Shown one piece after another: positions 29,480 through 39,009 of a stretch of DNA of 64,000 bases. The position numbers and the translations under genes are program-made. Under the pieces are notes generated by a model that worked only from the letters and a program-made list of their open reading frames with translations, had not been told where the DNA came from and did not search any database. How positions within the stretch are numbered: position 1 is the first letter of the stretch; each line of letters opens with the position of its first letter. This DNA is from Myxococcota bacterium (lineage in GTDB: Bacteria; Myxococcota_A; SURF-8), in assembly GCA_963674735.2 (NCBI GenBank), contig CAXXQS010000001.1, positions 1,952,001-2,016,000 of the forward strand. The letters are read 5' to 3'.

Positions 29480-29630
29480 TATCGGATTCCAGAAAAAGGA
29501 AACGAATACCGCCGAATTCCTCTAACTGACTGTAATCATTAATGTCATCCGACAATCCCATCCGAGGGCTTATCCGACGCTATCCGATGATTCATTCGAC
29601 CAAACGAATCAAAACGAATATCGGATAAAG
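29480..29630. repeat. Cluster of short direct repeats (ATCCGA x4, AAACGAAT x3), att/arm-site-like
   Basis: ATCCGA at 29547, 29560, 29572, 29582; AAACGAAT near 29500, 29602, 29612. Confidence 0.55.
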
Positions 29631-29878
29631 GGATCTTTCCTGACGAAAACCGGGTGTCCACCGTCAGCGAGTTTGGGACAGTTGGTTAGGGAGAATTAAG
29701 GGAGACTCTGAGTCGAAGAGAAAGCGGTTGTTGGGGCGGCGCGGGAGTTTCCGGGACCGTAGGGATTATCCCGGACGCGACCTCAGACGCCCCGCCCCGA
29801 AGCTCGTTGCAGCGTCGGGACCGCTTCCACGATTGACCATCCGTTCCGGGCCGGGTACAACCTCTGAAGGAGGAGACC

Positions 29879-30202
29879 ATGGCCGATGTCGTCAGACAAA
29901 TCCGCAAAAACACCCGTCGCAAGTTTGCCGCCGACGAGAAGATCCGCATTGTCGTCGAATCGTTGCGCGGCGAGATTCCCATTTCCGAGCTTTGCCGCCG
30001 GGAAGGCATCCAGCCCAGCCTGTTCTATCGCTGGTCCAAACAGTTTCTGGAGGCCGCCAAGAACGGGTTAACGCGTGAGACGAAACGTGATGCCTCGGAC
30101 GACGAGGTGCGCGAGCTGAAGTCGGAGAACGAGCAGCTCAAGATCGCCCTGGCCGAGGCGCATCTGACTGTCTTGCGATATAAAAAAAGCCTCGGCTCGT
30201 AA
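29879..30202 (+). CDS. Transposase OrfA (HTH)
   Basis: RRKFAADEKIRIVVESLRGEIPISELCRREGIQPSLFYRWSKQFLEA; GGAGGAG RBS. Confidence 0.9.
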   Translation: MADVVRQIRKNTRRKFAADEKIRIVVESLRGEIPISELCRREGIQPSLFYRWSKQFLEAAKNGLTRETKRDASDDEVRELKSENEQLKIALAEAHLTVLRYKKSLGS

Positions 30203-30219
30203 GCGTCCGGTACAAGCGG

Positions 30220-31221
30220 ATGCAAGCCGAAATGAAACGGGCGGTGCTCGATGCCGTGGCGCGTTCGCCGTTTTCGGTGCGCAAGACTCTGCATGATCTC
30301 GATGTGCCGCCATCGACCTATTACCGTTGGAAGAAGGCCTATGCGTCGAGTGGTGAAGCGGCGCTTGTGGACAAGAGCCCGTACAGGGGCCGGGTGTGGA
30401 ACCAACTGCTCGATGTCGAGCGATCGGAGATTTTGCGTCTGGCGGCCGAGTTCCCGGAGAAGTCCTCGCGGGAACTGGCCGTGCATCTCACGGATCACGG
30501 CGCCTTCGCCGTATCCGAGTCGACGGTCTATCGTACGCTCAAACGAGCCGGGCTGGTCTTTCCGCGTCCGGTGAAAACCTTTCCGGCGTCAGCGGAGTAC
30601 CGCTACAAGCCGAAGCGGGTCAACGAGCAGTGGCAGACCGACGCCAGTTATTTCAAGGCCGTATCCTGGGGCTGGTATTACCTGATTTCGGTCTTGGACG
30701 ACAAAAGCCGCAAGATTTTGGCCTGGCGCTTACAGCCCACGATGCGGGCGCCGGATTTCTCTGAGGTGATCGAGGCAGCCTGCGAGTTTACCGGTGTGGA
30801 TCGGATGGGAACGAAGCCGCGCATTCTGTCGGATCGCGGCAGCGCGCTCATCAGCGGCGAACTGGCGGAGTACCTTCAAATCAAAGGCATTCACCACATT
30901 TTCGCCGCCCCGTACCACCCACAGACCAACGGCAAGATCGAGCGCTATCACCGCAGCCTGAAAGAGCGTGTGAATCAGAACGTGCACGAAACGCCGATTC
31001 AGATCGAAAGCGAGATCCGGGCCTTCATCGACTGGTACAACAGCCGCCGATACCACGAAGCCCTTGGCAACGTCACGCCGGATGACGTATATTTCGACAG
31101 AAAGGAGGCGATCTTACGAAAACAAGCCGAATTGGAGCGAAGAACCCTTGAAAACCGAAAGATCAGGAACCGAAACCACCCGGACAGGAACGAACAACAA
31201 ATGGCTCAACCTCTCCCTTAG
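30220..31221 (+). CDS. Transposase OrfB (DDE/rve)
   Basis: WQTDASYF, VLDDKSR, LSDRGS, HPQTNGKIERYHRSLKE, YHEALGNVTP. Confidence 0.92.
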   Translation: MQAEMKRAVLDAVARSPFSVRKTLHDLDVPPSTYYRWKKAYASSGEAALVDKSPYRGRVWNQLLDVERSEILRLAAEFPEKSSRELAVHLTDHGAFAVSESTVYRTLKRAGLVFPRPVKTFPASAEYRYKPKRVNEQWQTDASYFKAVSWGWYYLISVLDDKSRKILAWRLQPTMRAPDFSEVIEAACEFTGVDRMGTKPRILSDRGSALISGELAEYLQIKGIHHIFAAPYHPQTNGKIERYHRSLKERVNQNVHETPIQIESEIRAFIDWYNSRRYHEALGNVTPDDVYFDRKEAILRKQAELERRTLENRKIRNRNHPDRNEQQMAQPLP

Positions 31222-31265
31222 AAATAAACCAACATTTGTCCCACTTTCGCTGAAGATGTACATGT

Positions 31266-31499
31266 ACGCTACGCCGAGAATGCCTGGACAACATACTCTT
31301 TCTCAACGAATGGCATCTGATGCGGGTGCTGAGAGAATACCAGGACTGGTACAATCACGAGCGTTACCACCAAGGGATCAAGGGTATTCCTGCGCCAGCT
31401 ACGGACATTGCAGATAGCAGGAATCTTGAAGGCAACGGCCGCTTGGTTGCCAAGCCGATTCTGAACGGCTTGTATCACAGCTATAGGCTGGCGGCTTAG
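31266..31499 (+). pseudogene. C-terminal remnant of an integrase-core (rve) transposase
   Basis: Hand translation TLRRECLDNILFLNEWHLMRVLREYQDWYNHERYHQGI...PILNGLYHSYRLAA*, same type as 48333-49184; cut by the IS ending at 31262. Confidence 0.75.
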
Positions 31500-31936
31500 C
31501 TTCGACTGTCGATCCTGGCATCTACGATCTCATTGAGATCACAGGACAGCTTTGACCTGAATTCGGAATTTCGTTGATTCCCCCACTTGTCAAAGAGCGA
31601 CTTGAACTCTAAAAAGTCGACCGGGCGTTCGTCAGGCCGGAAACGGCTTCACAACTTCGTCTCAATCCACCCGATTTCATCTTCCATCAAACCGCCGAAA
31701 CCGCCCGGATCGAGTTTTCGGGTAGCACGATACACGAGAGCAACGGCTAGATAAGTGAAAACAAAATTTATAACCCAAAAGGATGGCAGCCCGATTTAAA
31801 ATGGGATAAATTGCTTGTTATTAAAGACAAAATACTATAGTTATCTATCCTAAGTGAAAACAATATGTTTTCACATTCTTCGCAATTGAGCTTCTTTTTT
31901 CTTGCCTCTTTCCCCTCGTCCACCGATACTGAAGCT

Positions 31937-32797
31937 ATGAAACGGACGAAACTCAACATATTCGATTACGCCGACTTCAGACAGTTCATCGAGGACCGCC
32001 TGAACGAACTGAGCGCCGACAATGCCAAGTATTCCCGTCGTTACATCGTTCGATGTATGGGGCTTTCCGGCAACAACTACCTGAAGATGATCATCAACGG
32101 CTCTCGGAACCTGACGGACGACGTGGCGCGCAAGTTAGTGGATGCCATCGCCTTGAAAGAGGACGAAGCTCGCTTCTTCTACGATCTGGTTGCCTATGGG
32201 CAGGCGAAGACCACCGAGGTGAGGACCGAAGCCTTCGAAAACCTGCGGCGAAACCGGCGCTTTAAAAAGGTTCACAGCCTGGACCTGGATCACTACGATT
32301 ACATGACGGATACGCTGACGCTGGCCCTGCGTGAACTGATCAACTATCCCGACTTTCAGGAAGACCCGACCTGGATATCGAGGCAGCTTACATTCAAGGC
32401 CACGCCCAAGGCGATCCGCGAAGGCTTCGAAAAACTCATTCGCCTTGGACTGGTTGAGCGTGACGTGGATGGCCATCTCAAGGTCACCATGCTCCACACC
32501 GCCACCGGCGACCAGTTGGGCAACGAGCCGCTACGCGTCTATCACCGGAATATGCTCAAAGCAGCAATGAAGGCACAGGACCTGCCCGCAGACAGGCGGT
32601 ATTATCGGGGCCTGACCATGTCGATACCCAAGGAGATCTACGGGGAGATTGTGGACTTGTATTGTGAATTTGTTGACAAAGTACGCGCTCGGATCAATGA
32701 CGCCAAGGAACCGGATCATGTGTATCACATGGAGTTGAGCCTCATTCCTCTAGCCATGCGCGATTCGAAGACGAAGGAACCGGAGAGTGCATCATGA
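31937..32797 (+). CDS. TIGR02147 / DUF4423 family putative regulator
   Basis: NIFDYADFRQFIEDRL, YLKMIINGSRNLT, FFYDLV, ALRELI, WISRQL, YHRNML, HVYHMELSLIPL. Confidence 0.85.
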   Translation: MKRTKLNIFDYADFRQFIEDRLNELSADNAKYSRRYIVRCMGLSGNNYLKMIINGSRNLTDDVARKLVDAIALKEDEARFFYDLVAYGQAKTTEVRTEAFENLRRNRRFKKVHSLDLDHYDYMTDTLTLALRELINYPDFQEDPTWISRQLTFKATPKAIREGFEKLIRLGLVERDVDGHLKVTMLHTATGDQLGNEPLRVYHRNMLKAAMKAQDLPADRRYYRGLTMSIPKEIYGEIVDLYCEFVDKVRARINDAKEPDHVYHMELSLIPLAMRDSKTKEPESAS

Positions 32798-33975
32798 TGA
32801 AACACACGTTGTTGATTTTGTGTTTACTGAGCTTGATGCTGATTATTGCGTCATGCGAAACCGATTCGAATGACTCCGTGGCCGATGGCGATAGTGACGC
32901 AGAGTCGGCCCTGGACATCATCGTGCTGAAAATGGGTGGGAGCAATGATGGTGGCAACGCCATAGAAGTGTTCCTGGCTTTCGATCCCATTCTCGTCTCT
33001 TCAGCGATCACCTGGAGCGAGATCGAATTCGGTATTCACAGCGTCGGCCTTCCGAAGTCTCCGGCATGCGGAATTGCCGACAGCGTAATGCTAACTTCGG
33101 AAATCGGCCCATTTTCGCTGGATGTTATCAATGAACCAAATCTGAACTTGAAAATGCTTGTTCCTCCCGAATTGGATTTCTGCTCAATGAACGTCCTGCT
33201 GAACACCTCCGCCCTAGCGTTCCATGCCGAAGGGGTTGTCGCGGATAACCGGCGAATTGTGATCGACACCACGTTCTCCGGCCTGTTTGGATTTACCCCG
33301 AAGGAAGGGCAATTCCGATGGCAAGCCGGCAACGAGTACCAATGGCTGGCGGCGTTGGATGTGAGTGCGATGCTGCCCCTCGATCTGATCGACGAGTTGG
33401 AGCCGGATTCCGAAGGTGTGCTTCGAATCGACGCCGAGCACAATGTTGCATTCATCGTTCAGGTAGAGGAGTCGATCAGCCGCGCCATGATGCTCGTTAA
33501 CGATTCGAATAGAAACGGAGTGGCGGATGAGGAAGAACGCCGGGCAGGTACTCAAATAGGCGACGCCCGGAGCTGTGTAGACACCTGCTTAGAGAACGGT
33601 GGAGACGAAAGCACCTGCCGTGAGCGCTGCTTCGCCCCCAACGACTCAACGGCCGGCCTCCGAGCCTGCTACATGAAATGCATGGATAACGGTGGAGAAG
33701 AAATCGACTGCCGACAGCAGTGTGCGGACGCGGGCCAAAACGACAAGGCTTGCCGTGATTCCGCCAATGACACCTACGAGGGATGCATTGAGAACGGAGA
33801 TGATGAGATCACCTGCCGCGAGCGCGCCGGGGAAGTTTATGAGGAATGCCTGGTGGATCAAACGGCTGATGAGCCCATCAGTTGTGATGATGCTGAGCCG
33901 GATATGCCTTGTTGCGGCGATGATATCTGCGATGGGCCGGAAACGGCTGACAATTGTGCGGTGGACTGCTCCTAA
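32794..33975 (+). CDS. Lipoprotein with three CxxxCxxxGGxxxxCxxxC repeats and a C-terminal Cys module
   Basis: Lipobox IIASC, DGD linker, CVDTCLENGGDESTCRERC-type repeats; overlaps the upstream stop. Confidence 0.7.
   Translation: MMKHTLLILCLLSLMLIIASCETDSNDSVADGDSDAESALDIIVLKMGGSNDGGNAIEVFLAFDPILVSSAITWSEIEFGIHSVGLPKSPACGIADSVMLTSEIGPFSLDVINEPNLNLKMLVPPELDFCSMNVLLNTSALAFHAEGVVADNRRIVIDTTFSGLFGFTPKEGQFRWQAGNEYQWLAALDVSAMLPLDLIDELEPDSEGVLRIDAEHNVAFIVQVEESISRAMMLVNDSNRNGVADEEERRAGTQIGDARSCVDTCLENGGDESTCRERCFAPNDSTAGLRACYMKCMDNGGEEIDCRQQCADAGQNDKACRDSANDTYEGCIENGDDEITCRERAGEVYEECLVDQTADEPISCDDAEPDMPCCGDDICDGPETADNCAVDCS
33868..33969 (+). repeat. 102-bp Cys-module repeat, copy 1 (copy 2 at 35411-35512)
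   Basis: DEPISCDDAEPDMPCCGDDICDGPETADNCAVDC versus DEPISCEDAQPGMPCCGDDVCDGPETADNCPVDC; DNA aligns without gaps. Confidence 0.9.
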
Positions 33976-34024
33976 AGCAGCGGTTTGATGGCGAGCCGAT
34001 TTTTTGCAACGAACAGAGGAAGAC

Positions 34025-35773
34025 ATGACCAAACAAACACTGATTTTCGCTTCAATACTGCTGGCATTTCTATACTTGAGCGGCTGCTCGGGTTCGTCAA
34101 TCAGTTCCCTGTCTCCGGATGGCGATTCGCAATCCACTGATGGCGATGTGGAAACGGCTGATGATGATGCTTCGGGAACGGATGGAGATATCCTTGTCGA
34201 TGGTACCAAACCGGATGGCGATACTGGCGATGGCGACGAGGAAAATCCGCTAGTCTCGGTTTCGTATCCTATCGCGGAAACCGGACAGACATACTGTTAC
34301 GATCTGGAAAATGAAATCGATTGTCCGGCGCAAGGACAGCTTTTCGCAGGACAAGACGCCCAGCACCTTGGACGCAAGATGAGTTTTCAGGATAACGGTG
34401 ATGGAACCGTTAGCGACCTAGTAACCGGATTGATGTGGGAGCAAACGCCTTCCAGTCAGTCTTTCGGTTGGCAGGAGGCGCTGGACTACTGCAATGCCTT
34501 ATCCTTTGCCAGTCACGACGACTGGCGAGCACCAAGCTTAAAAGAACTTTTTTCCATCAGTGATTTCTGCACTGGATGGCCTTATATCGACCGTTCTTAC
34601 TTCAATCTGGCTCAAAGCGGCAGTGTAAGCAAGGACGAACAGTATTGGAGCAGTAATTTCTACGAGGCAGGCACGACCCACGGCGGTCAAACCACGGCCT
34701 TCGGCGTCAATCACGGGACTGGCCACATCAAGGGATATCCCTCAGAGGCGAGTGGTCCCATGGGCAACTACGTTCGCTGCGTGCGCGGTAACGAATACGG
34801 AATCAACCAACTTGTAAACAACGGCGACGGCACGGTCACGGACGAGGCCACGGGGTTCGTCTGGACACAGGCCGACAACGGCAGCGGCATCGAATGGGAA
34901 GATGCGTTGGCTTATTGTGAAAATTTGACCCTGGCCGGTAATAGCGATTGGCGCTTGCCCGATGTCAAAGAATTGCAAAGCATCGTGGATTATTCAGGCA
35001 ACTTGCCAGCCATCAATCCGATGTTCTCTGTAACGGGAATCACCAACGAAGCCGGTGACGCCGACTTCCCATACTTCTGGACCAGCACCTCGGCCTATTT
35101 CGGAGCGAACCAACCTGAGTACTATTACGCCTGGTATGTGGCTTTCGGTTTTGCTGTGGACGGCGAAGGGAACGACACCCATGGCGCGGGAGCTGTACGC
35201 TTTGACACGAAGGTAGAAGGCGGTCCGTTGGGTGAAGGTGGAGAACGCTATTACAATTACGTGCGTTGTGTGCGAGCAGGTGCAGACACGACCGATTACG
35301 ATCCTCCTATTGATGGCGATTCGCCAGCAGATGGCGATGAAGATGCTATCGACGGTGATGGTCCACTCGTAGACGGCGATACCCCACCCGTCGATGGTGA
35401 TGGACCGGGCGACGAGCCCATCAGTTGTGAGGATGCCCAACCTGGTATGCCTTGTTGTGGTGATGACGTCTGCGACGGACCGGAAACGGCAGACAATTGT
35501 CCGGTGGACTGTGCGGCAGTCGATGGCGATGAATCGCCTGTGGACGGCGATGAACCCGTCAGACCGGTGTCCTGTGAAGAGGATGCCGATTGCCAAGTAA
35601 CCGGCGCTTGCCCGGAGGATGCGGCACTCGGGTGTATCTGTGCAAGCACCCCTGAAGGTGATTTATGCATCCCCTCCTGTTCAACCAGCGACGATTGCCC
35701 TGTATCACAGGGACAAGCGTTTACATGTTCAACGGACGGCATCTGCATTCCGCAGGGTGGACCACAACACTAA
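34025..35773 (+). CDS. Lipoprotein with two Lcl C-terminal (DUF1566) domains
   Basis: LSGC; ETGQTYCYD; DNGDGTVSDLVTGLMWEQ...WRAPSLKEL...YVRCVR; second unit NNGDGTVTDEATGFVW...WRLPDVKELQSI...YVRCVR. Confidence 0.9.
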   Translation: MTKQTLIFASILLAFLYLSGCSGSSISSLSPDGDSQSTDGDVETADDDASGTDGDILVDGTKPDGDTGDGDEENPLVSVSYPIAETGQTYCYDLENEIDCPAQGQLFAGQDAQHLGRKMSFQDNGDGTVSDLVTGLMWEQTPSSQSFGWQEALDYCNALSFASHDDWRAPSLKELFSISDFCTGWPYIDRSYFNLAQSGSVSKDEQYWSSNFYEAGTTHGGQTTAFGVNHGTGHIKGYPSEASGPMGNYVRCVRGNEYGINQLVNNGDGTVTDEATGFVWTQADNGSGIEWEDALAYCENLTLAGNSDWRLPDVKELQSIVDYSGNLPAINPMFSVTGITNEAGDADFPYFWTSTSAYFGANQPEYYYAWYVAFGFAVDGEGNDTHGAGAVRFDTKVEGGPLGEGGERYYNYVRCVRAGADTTDYDPPIDGDSPADGDEDAIDGDGPLVDGDTPPVDGDGPGDEPISCEDAQPGMPCCGDDVCDGPETADNCPVDCAAVDGDESPVDGDEPVRPVSCEEDADCQVTGACPEDAALGCICASTPEGDLCIPSCSTSDDCPVSQGQAFTCSTDGICIPQGGPQH

Positions 35774-35799
35774 TACAGATTACGATAGCGGAGAATACA

Positions 35800-37791
35800 A
35801 TGAATACCACTCTCAAGTGCTTGTTGCTTGTCGCGTTGTCTGTTCTACTGGTAGGATGTAATTCGGATGATACGACAAGTCCTGATGTCTTTCTGGATGG
35901 CGACGGCGAAATCGCTGATGGTGATCTGTCATCTTTCGATGGTGATGCGGATTTAGATGAAACAGATAATTACGAAACCCCTGAAACAGACATAGCGGAT
36001 TCGTCTCTGGTTATCAATGAGATCGTCGCTAAAAGCAAAGACGACAATGACGAAACGCTGCCGGATTGGGTAGAGTTTTACAATCCTGGGAGCTCAATCG
36101 AAATTGGTGGGTATCTTCTCAGAGATGAAAATGATGAGAATGCATTTGCGTTTCCTGACGGAACCGTAATCGGCAGCGGAGAATATTTTGTCATCGAGAA
36201 AGATGAATCGGGCGAATTCGGCTTTCCATTTGGGTTGGGAAAAGCCGATTCCGTGCGATTGTTCAATGACGCTGACGAGCTTATCGATTCAGCAGTTTGG
36301 GATGATGGCGACTCTCCCGAAGCCGCAAGTTGGGGTAGAATCCCCAATGGACAGGGCGACTTCAAAACTCTTTATACACCCACCAAGGGGTCGGAAAACA
36401 TCGACAACACCGATGATACTCTTCCTACCGGATTGTGTGACGATGATGATCCCAATACTGTGCGCCCTGAAACTTGGAACAGACTTAGTCATTGCAGCGG
36501 TGTAGAACCGGATTACGATCAGCTCTTTGACGATACCGTCGTACATCGTATAGACATCGTTATCGATCCTGGTGATTACCAGGATACCATGGATGACCTT
36601 GAAAACCTGTATGGACATTCGCACCCCCCTATGGAAACGGCTACAGATTCAGGAGACCAAATGGTGCCGCCGCCCGATGACCCTATGGAAAGTGGTGAAG
36701 ATCCCATGTGGGTTCCCGTTACCGTGAAATACAATGGCGACACGTGGGATTACGTCGGAATGCGGTACAAAGGCAATTCATCACTCAGAAGCGCCTACCA
36801 ATCCGGTGTCAAAAAGCTATCGTTCCGGCTCAATTTTGATAAATACGAGGACGATCACCCTGCTTATGCCGATCAGAGATTTTTCGGATTCAAGAAAATG
36901 ACCTTTTCGAATGGTTACAAAGATAACAGTTTGATGCGGGATAAACTCGCTGCCGATATTTTCAGGGCCGGTGGTGTTCCTGCTGCGCGCGGTGCATTTG
37001 TAAGAATCTATGTGGATTTTGGTGAGGGCGAAACATATTTCGGACTTTACACCATGATTGAAGATCCTTCCGATGAAATGCTGGACCAGCAATTTGAGGA
37101 TGCAAGTGGAAATCTATATAAACCGGAAGGCCAAGGGGCCGCTTTCGTTTCATTTGATCAAGACAGCTTTGAAAAGAAAACCAATGAAGACGATTCCAAC
37201 TGGAGTGATGTGATTTCAGTCTTCAGTGCACTGCATGCCAATACCAGCGAAGAACAATGGCGTGCCGGGCTAGAAGCCGTATTTGATGTTGCCGGATTCC
37301 TAAAATGTTTGGCCTACAATCAGGCTATGGTTAACTGGGACAGCTACGGCATCATGGCTCACAACTACTATCTCTACGCCGATCCCAGCAATGACGGGAA
37401 AATCACTTGGTTCCCATGGGATCTGAACGAAGCCTTGTTAGTTGGTGGCATGAGCAGCAGTATTTCAGAATCTGTTATGTTGGATCAAGTCGGTAGCCAA
37501 TGGCCGATGATCAGGCTATTGCTTGATGATTCAACCTATCGAAATCAATATCAGGCCCACCTAGCATCCGCTCTAGAAATAGGTTTTGAAATCGATTTTG
37601 TGAGTTCTAAAATCCGTGCCTATCATGAACTTATTTCACCCTACGTCGTTGGTTTCAAACCCGAGCAAAGCCCATATACATTTCTCCAAAGTCCAAGTGA
37701 CTTTACCAATTCCGTCGATACTGCCAGCGACGCCTTGATTCCACATGTAACCAATAGACACTCAACGGTAAGAGATGCACTAGGTCTTTGA
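35800..37791 (+). CDS. CotH-family kinase lipoprotein with lamin-tail domain
   Basis: LLVGC; LVINEIVA..DWVEFYN (LTD); VGMRYKGNSS, KLSFRLNFD, YFGLYTMIE, GNLYKP, NWDSY...HNYYLY, FPWDLNEA. Confidence 0.9.
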   Translation: MNTTLKCLLLVALSVLLVGCNSDDTTSPDVFLDGDGEIADGDLSSFDGDADLDETDNYETPETDIADSSLVINEIVAKSKDDNDETLPDWVEFYNPGSSIEIGGYLLRDENDENAFAFPDGTVIGSGEYFVIEKDESGEFGFPFGLGKADSVRLFNDADELIDSAVWDDGDSPEAASWGRIPNGQGDFKTLYTPTKGSENIDNTDDTLPTGLCDDDDPNTVRPETWNRLSHCSGVEPDYDQLFDDTVVHRIDIVIDPGDYQDTMDDLENLYGHSHPPMETATDSGDQMVPPPDDPMESGEDPMWVPVTVKYNGDTWDYVGMRYKGNSSLRSAYQSGVKKLSFRLNFDKYEDDHPAYADQRFFGFKKMTFSNGYKDNSLMRDKLAADIFRAGGVPAARGAFVRIYVDFGEGETYFGLYTMIEDPSDEMLDQQFEDASGNLYKPEGQGAAFVSFDQDSFEKKTNEDDSNWSDVISVFSALHANTSEEQWRAGLEAVFDVAGFLKCLAYNQAMVNWDSYGIMAHNYYLYADPSNDGKITWFPWDLNEALLVGGMSSSISESVMLDQVGSQWPMIRLLLDDSTYRNQYQAHLASALEIGFEIDFVSSKIRAYHELISPYVVGFKPEQSPYTFLQSPSDFTNSVDTASDALIPHVTNRHSTVRDALGL

Positions 37792-37806
37792 GAGGAAAGA
37801 CATGAC

Positions 37807-37863
37807 AAGCTGTACTTGCTGGACACTGGTATGTGTGCCTACTTGACTGAGTGGTCAAGCCCC
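37807..37863 (+). pseudogene. 19-codon fossil of a COG1373/DUF4143 ATPase
   Basis: Translates KLYLLDTGMCAYLTEWSSP, matching the KLYFxDTGLxxYL signature; very short. Confidence 0.45.
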
Positions 37864-38311
37864 AATGCAGCGCCTTGAAATAGCTGGCGTCGGTCTGCCA
37901 CTGCTCGTTCACCCGCTTCGGCTTGTAGCTGTACTCCGCTGAGGCCGGAAAAGTCTTCACCGGACGCGGAAAGATCAGCCCGGCCCGTTTGAGCACGCGA
38001 TAGACCGTCGACTCGGACACCGCAAACACACCGTGATCCGTAATGTGCACAGCTACCTCCCGCGAAGACCTCTCCGGAAACTCGGCCGCCAGACGCAAAA
38101 TCTCCGATCGCTCGACATCGAGCAGTTGGTTCCACACCCGGCCCCTGTACGGGCTCTTGTCCACAAGCGCCGCTTCACCACTCGACGCATAGGCCTTCTT
38201 CCAACGGTAATAGGTCGATGGTGGCACATCGAGATCATGCAGGGTCTTGCGCACCGAAAACGGTGAACGCGCCACCGCGTCGAGCACCGCCCGTTTCATT
38301 TCGGCTTGCAT
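37859..38311 (-). pseudogene. Truncated transposase OrfB (copy 2)
   Basis: First ~150 aa match 30220-31221; the rest of the DDE core is missing. Confidence 0.85.
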
Positions 38312-38328
38312 CCGCTTGTACCGGACGC

Positions 38329-38652
38329 TTACGAGCCGAGGCTTTTTTTATATCGCAAGACAGCCAGATGCGCCTCGGCCAGGGAGATCTTGAGCTGCTC
38401 GTTCTCCGATTTCAGCTCACGCACCTCGTCATCACTGGCGTCGCGCTTCGTCTCGCGTGTCAGGCCATTTTTGCCGGCCTCCAGAAACTGTTTGGACCAG
38501 CGGTAGAACAGGCTGGGCTGGATGCCTTCTCTGCGGCAAAGCTCGGAAATCGGGATCTCGCCGCGCAAGCTCTCGACGACGATGCGGATCTTCTCGTCGG
38601 CGGAAAACTTGCGACGGGTGTTTTTGCGGATCTGTCTGACGACATCGGCCAT
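38329..38652 (-). CDS. Transposase OrfA (copy 2)
   Basis: Near identical to 29879-30202. Confidence 0.88.
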   Translation of the reverse strand: MADVVRQIRKNTRRKFSADEKIRIVVESLRGEIPISELCRREGIQPSLFYRWSKQFLEAGKNGLTRETKRDASDDEVRELKSENEQLKISLAEAHLAVLRYKKSLGS

Positions 38653-38876
38653 GGGGTCCTCCTTCATAGGTTGTACCCGGCCCGGAACGGATGGTCAATC
38701 GTGGAAGCGGTCCCGACGCTGCAACGAGCTTCGGGGCGGGGCGTCTGAGGTCGCGTCCGGGATAAACCCTACGGTCCCGGAAACTCCCGCGCCGCCCCAT
38801 CAACCGCTTTCCCTTCGGCTCAGAGTCTCCCTTAATTCTCCCTAACCAACTGTCCCAAAATCGCTGACGGGGAACA

Positions 38877-39009
38877 GTCTTGCACTCCGCCTCTTTCAAG
38901 ATCGTGACAATCTGCTCGTCCGAAAATCGCTTCCCTTTCATTAGAATTCCTCCTTGAGTCGTAGAAGGATTCTAACACATCAATGGTCCAGTTTTTGGGG
39001 AGCAGAGCA
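38877..39009 (-). mobile_element. Left-end remnant of an iso-copy of the IS at 494-1940
   Basis: IR TGCTCTGCTCCCCAAAAACTGGACC from 39009 and MKGKRFSDEQIVTILKEAECKT, interrupted by the IS end at 38876. Confidence 0.88.

Larger units (their letters stand above)
29655..31262 (+). mobile_element. IS3-family insertion sequence, complete (copy 1)
   Basis: IRs TGTCCACCGTCAGCGAGTTTGGGACA and reverse complement TGTACATCTTCAGCGAAAGTGGGACA; orfA/orfB with A7 slippery site near 30182. Confidence 0.88.
37859..38876 (-). mobile_element. Truncated iso-copy of the IS at 29655-31262
   Basis: Left IR TGTTCCCCGTCAGCGATTTTGGGACA from 38876; intact orfA; orfB stops matching copy 1 after WQTDASYFKAxxWG. Confidence 0.9.

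Noticed and set aside
29480-29630. CRISPR array or plasmid iterons
   Set aside because: Repeats are only 6-8 bp with irregular spacing, and there is no rep gene nearby.
38432-38941. 169-aa ORF starting like an IS3 OrfA
   Set aside because: Chimeric read-through from one IS stub into the leader of another.
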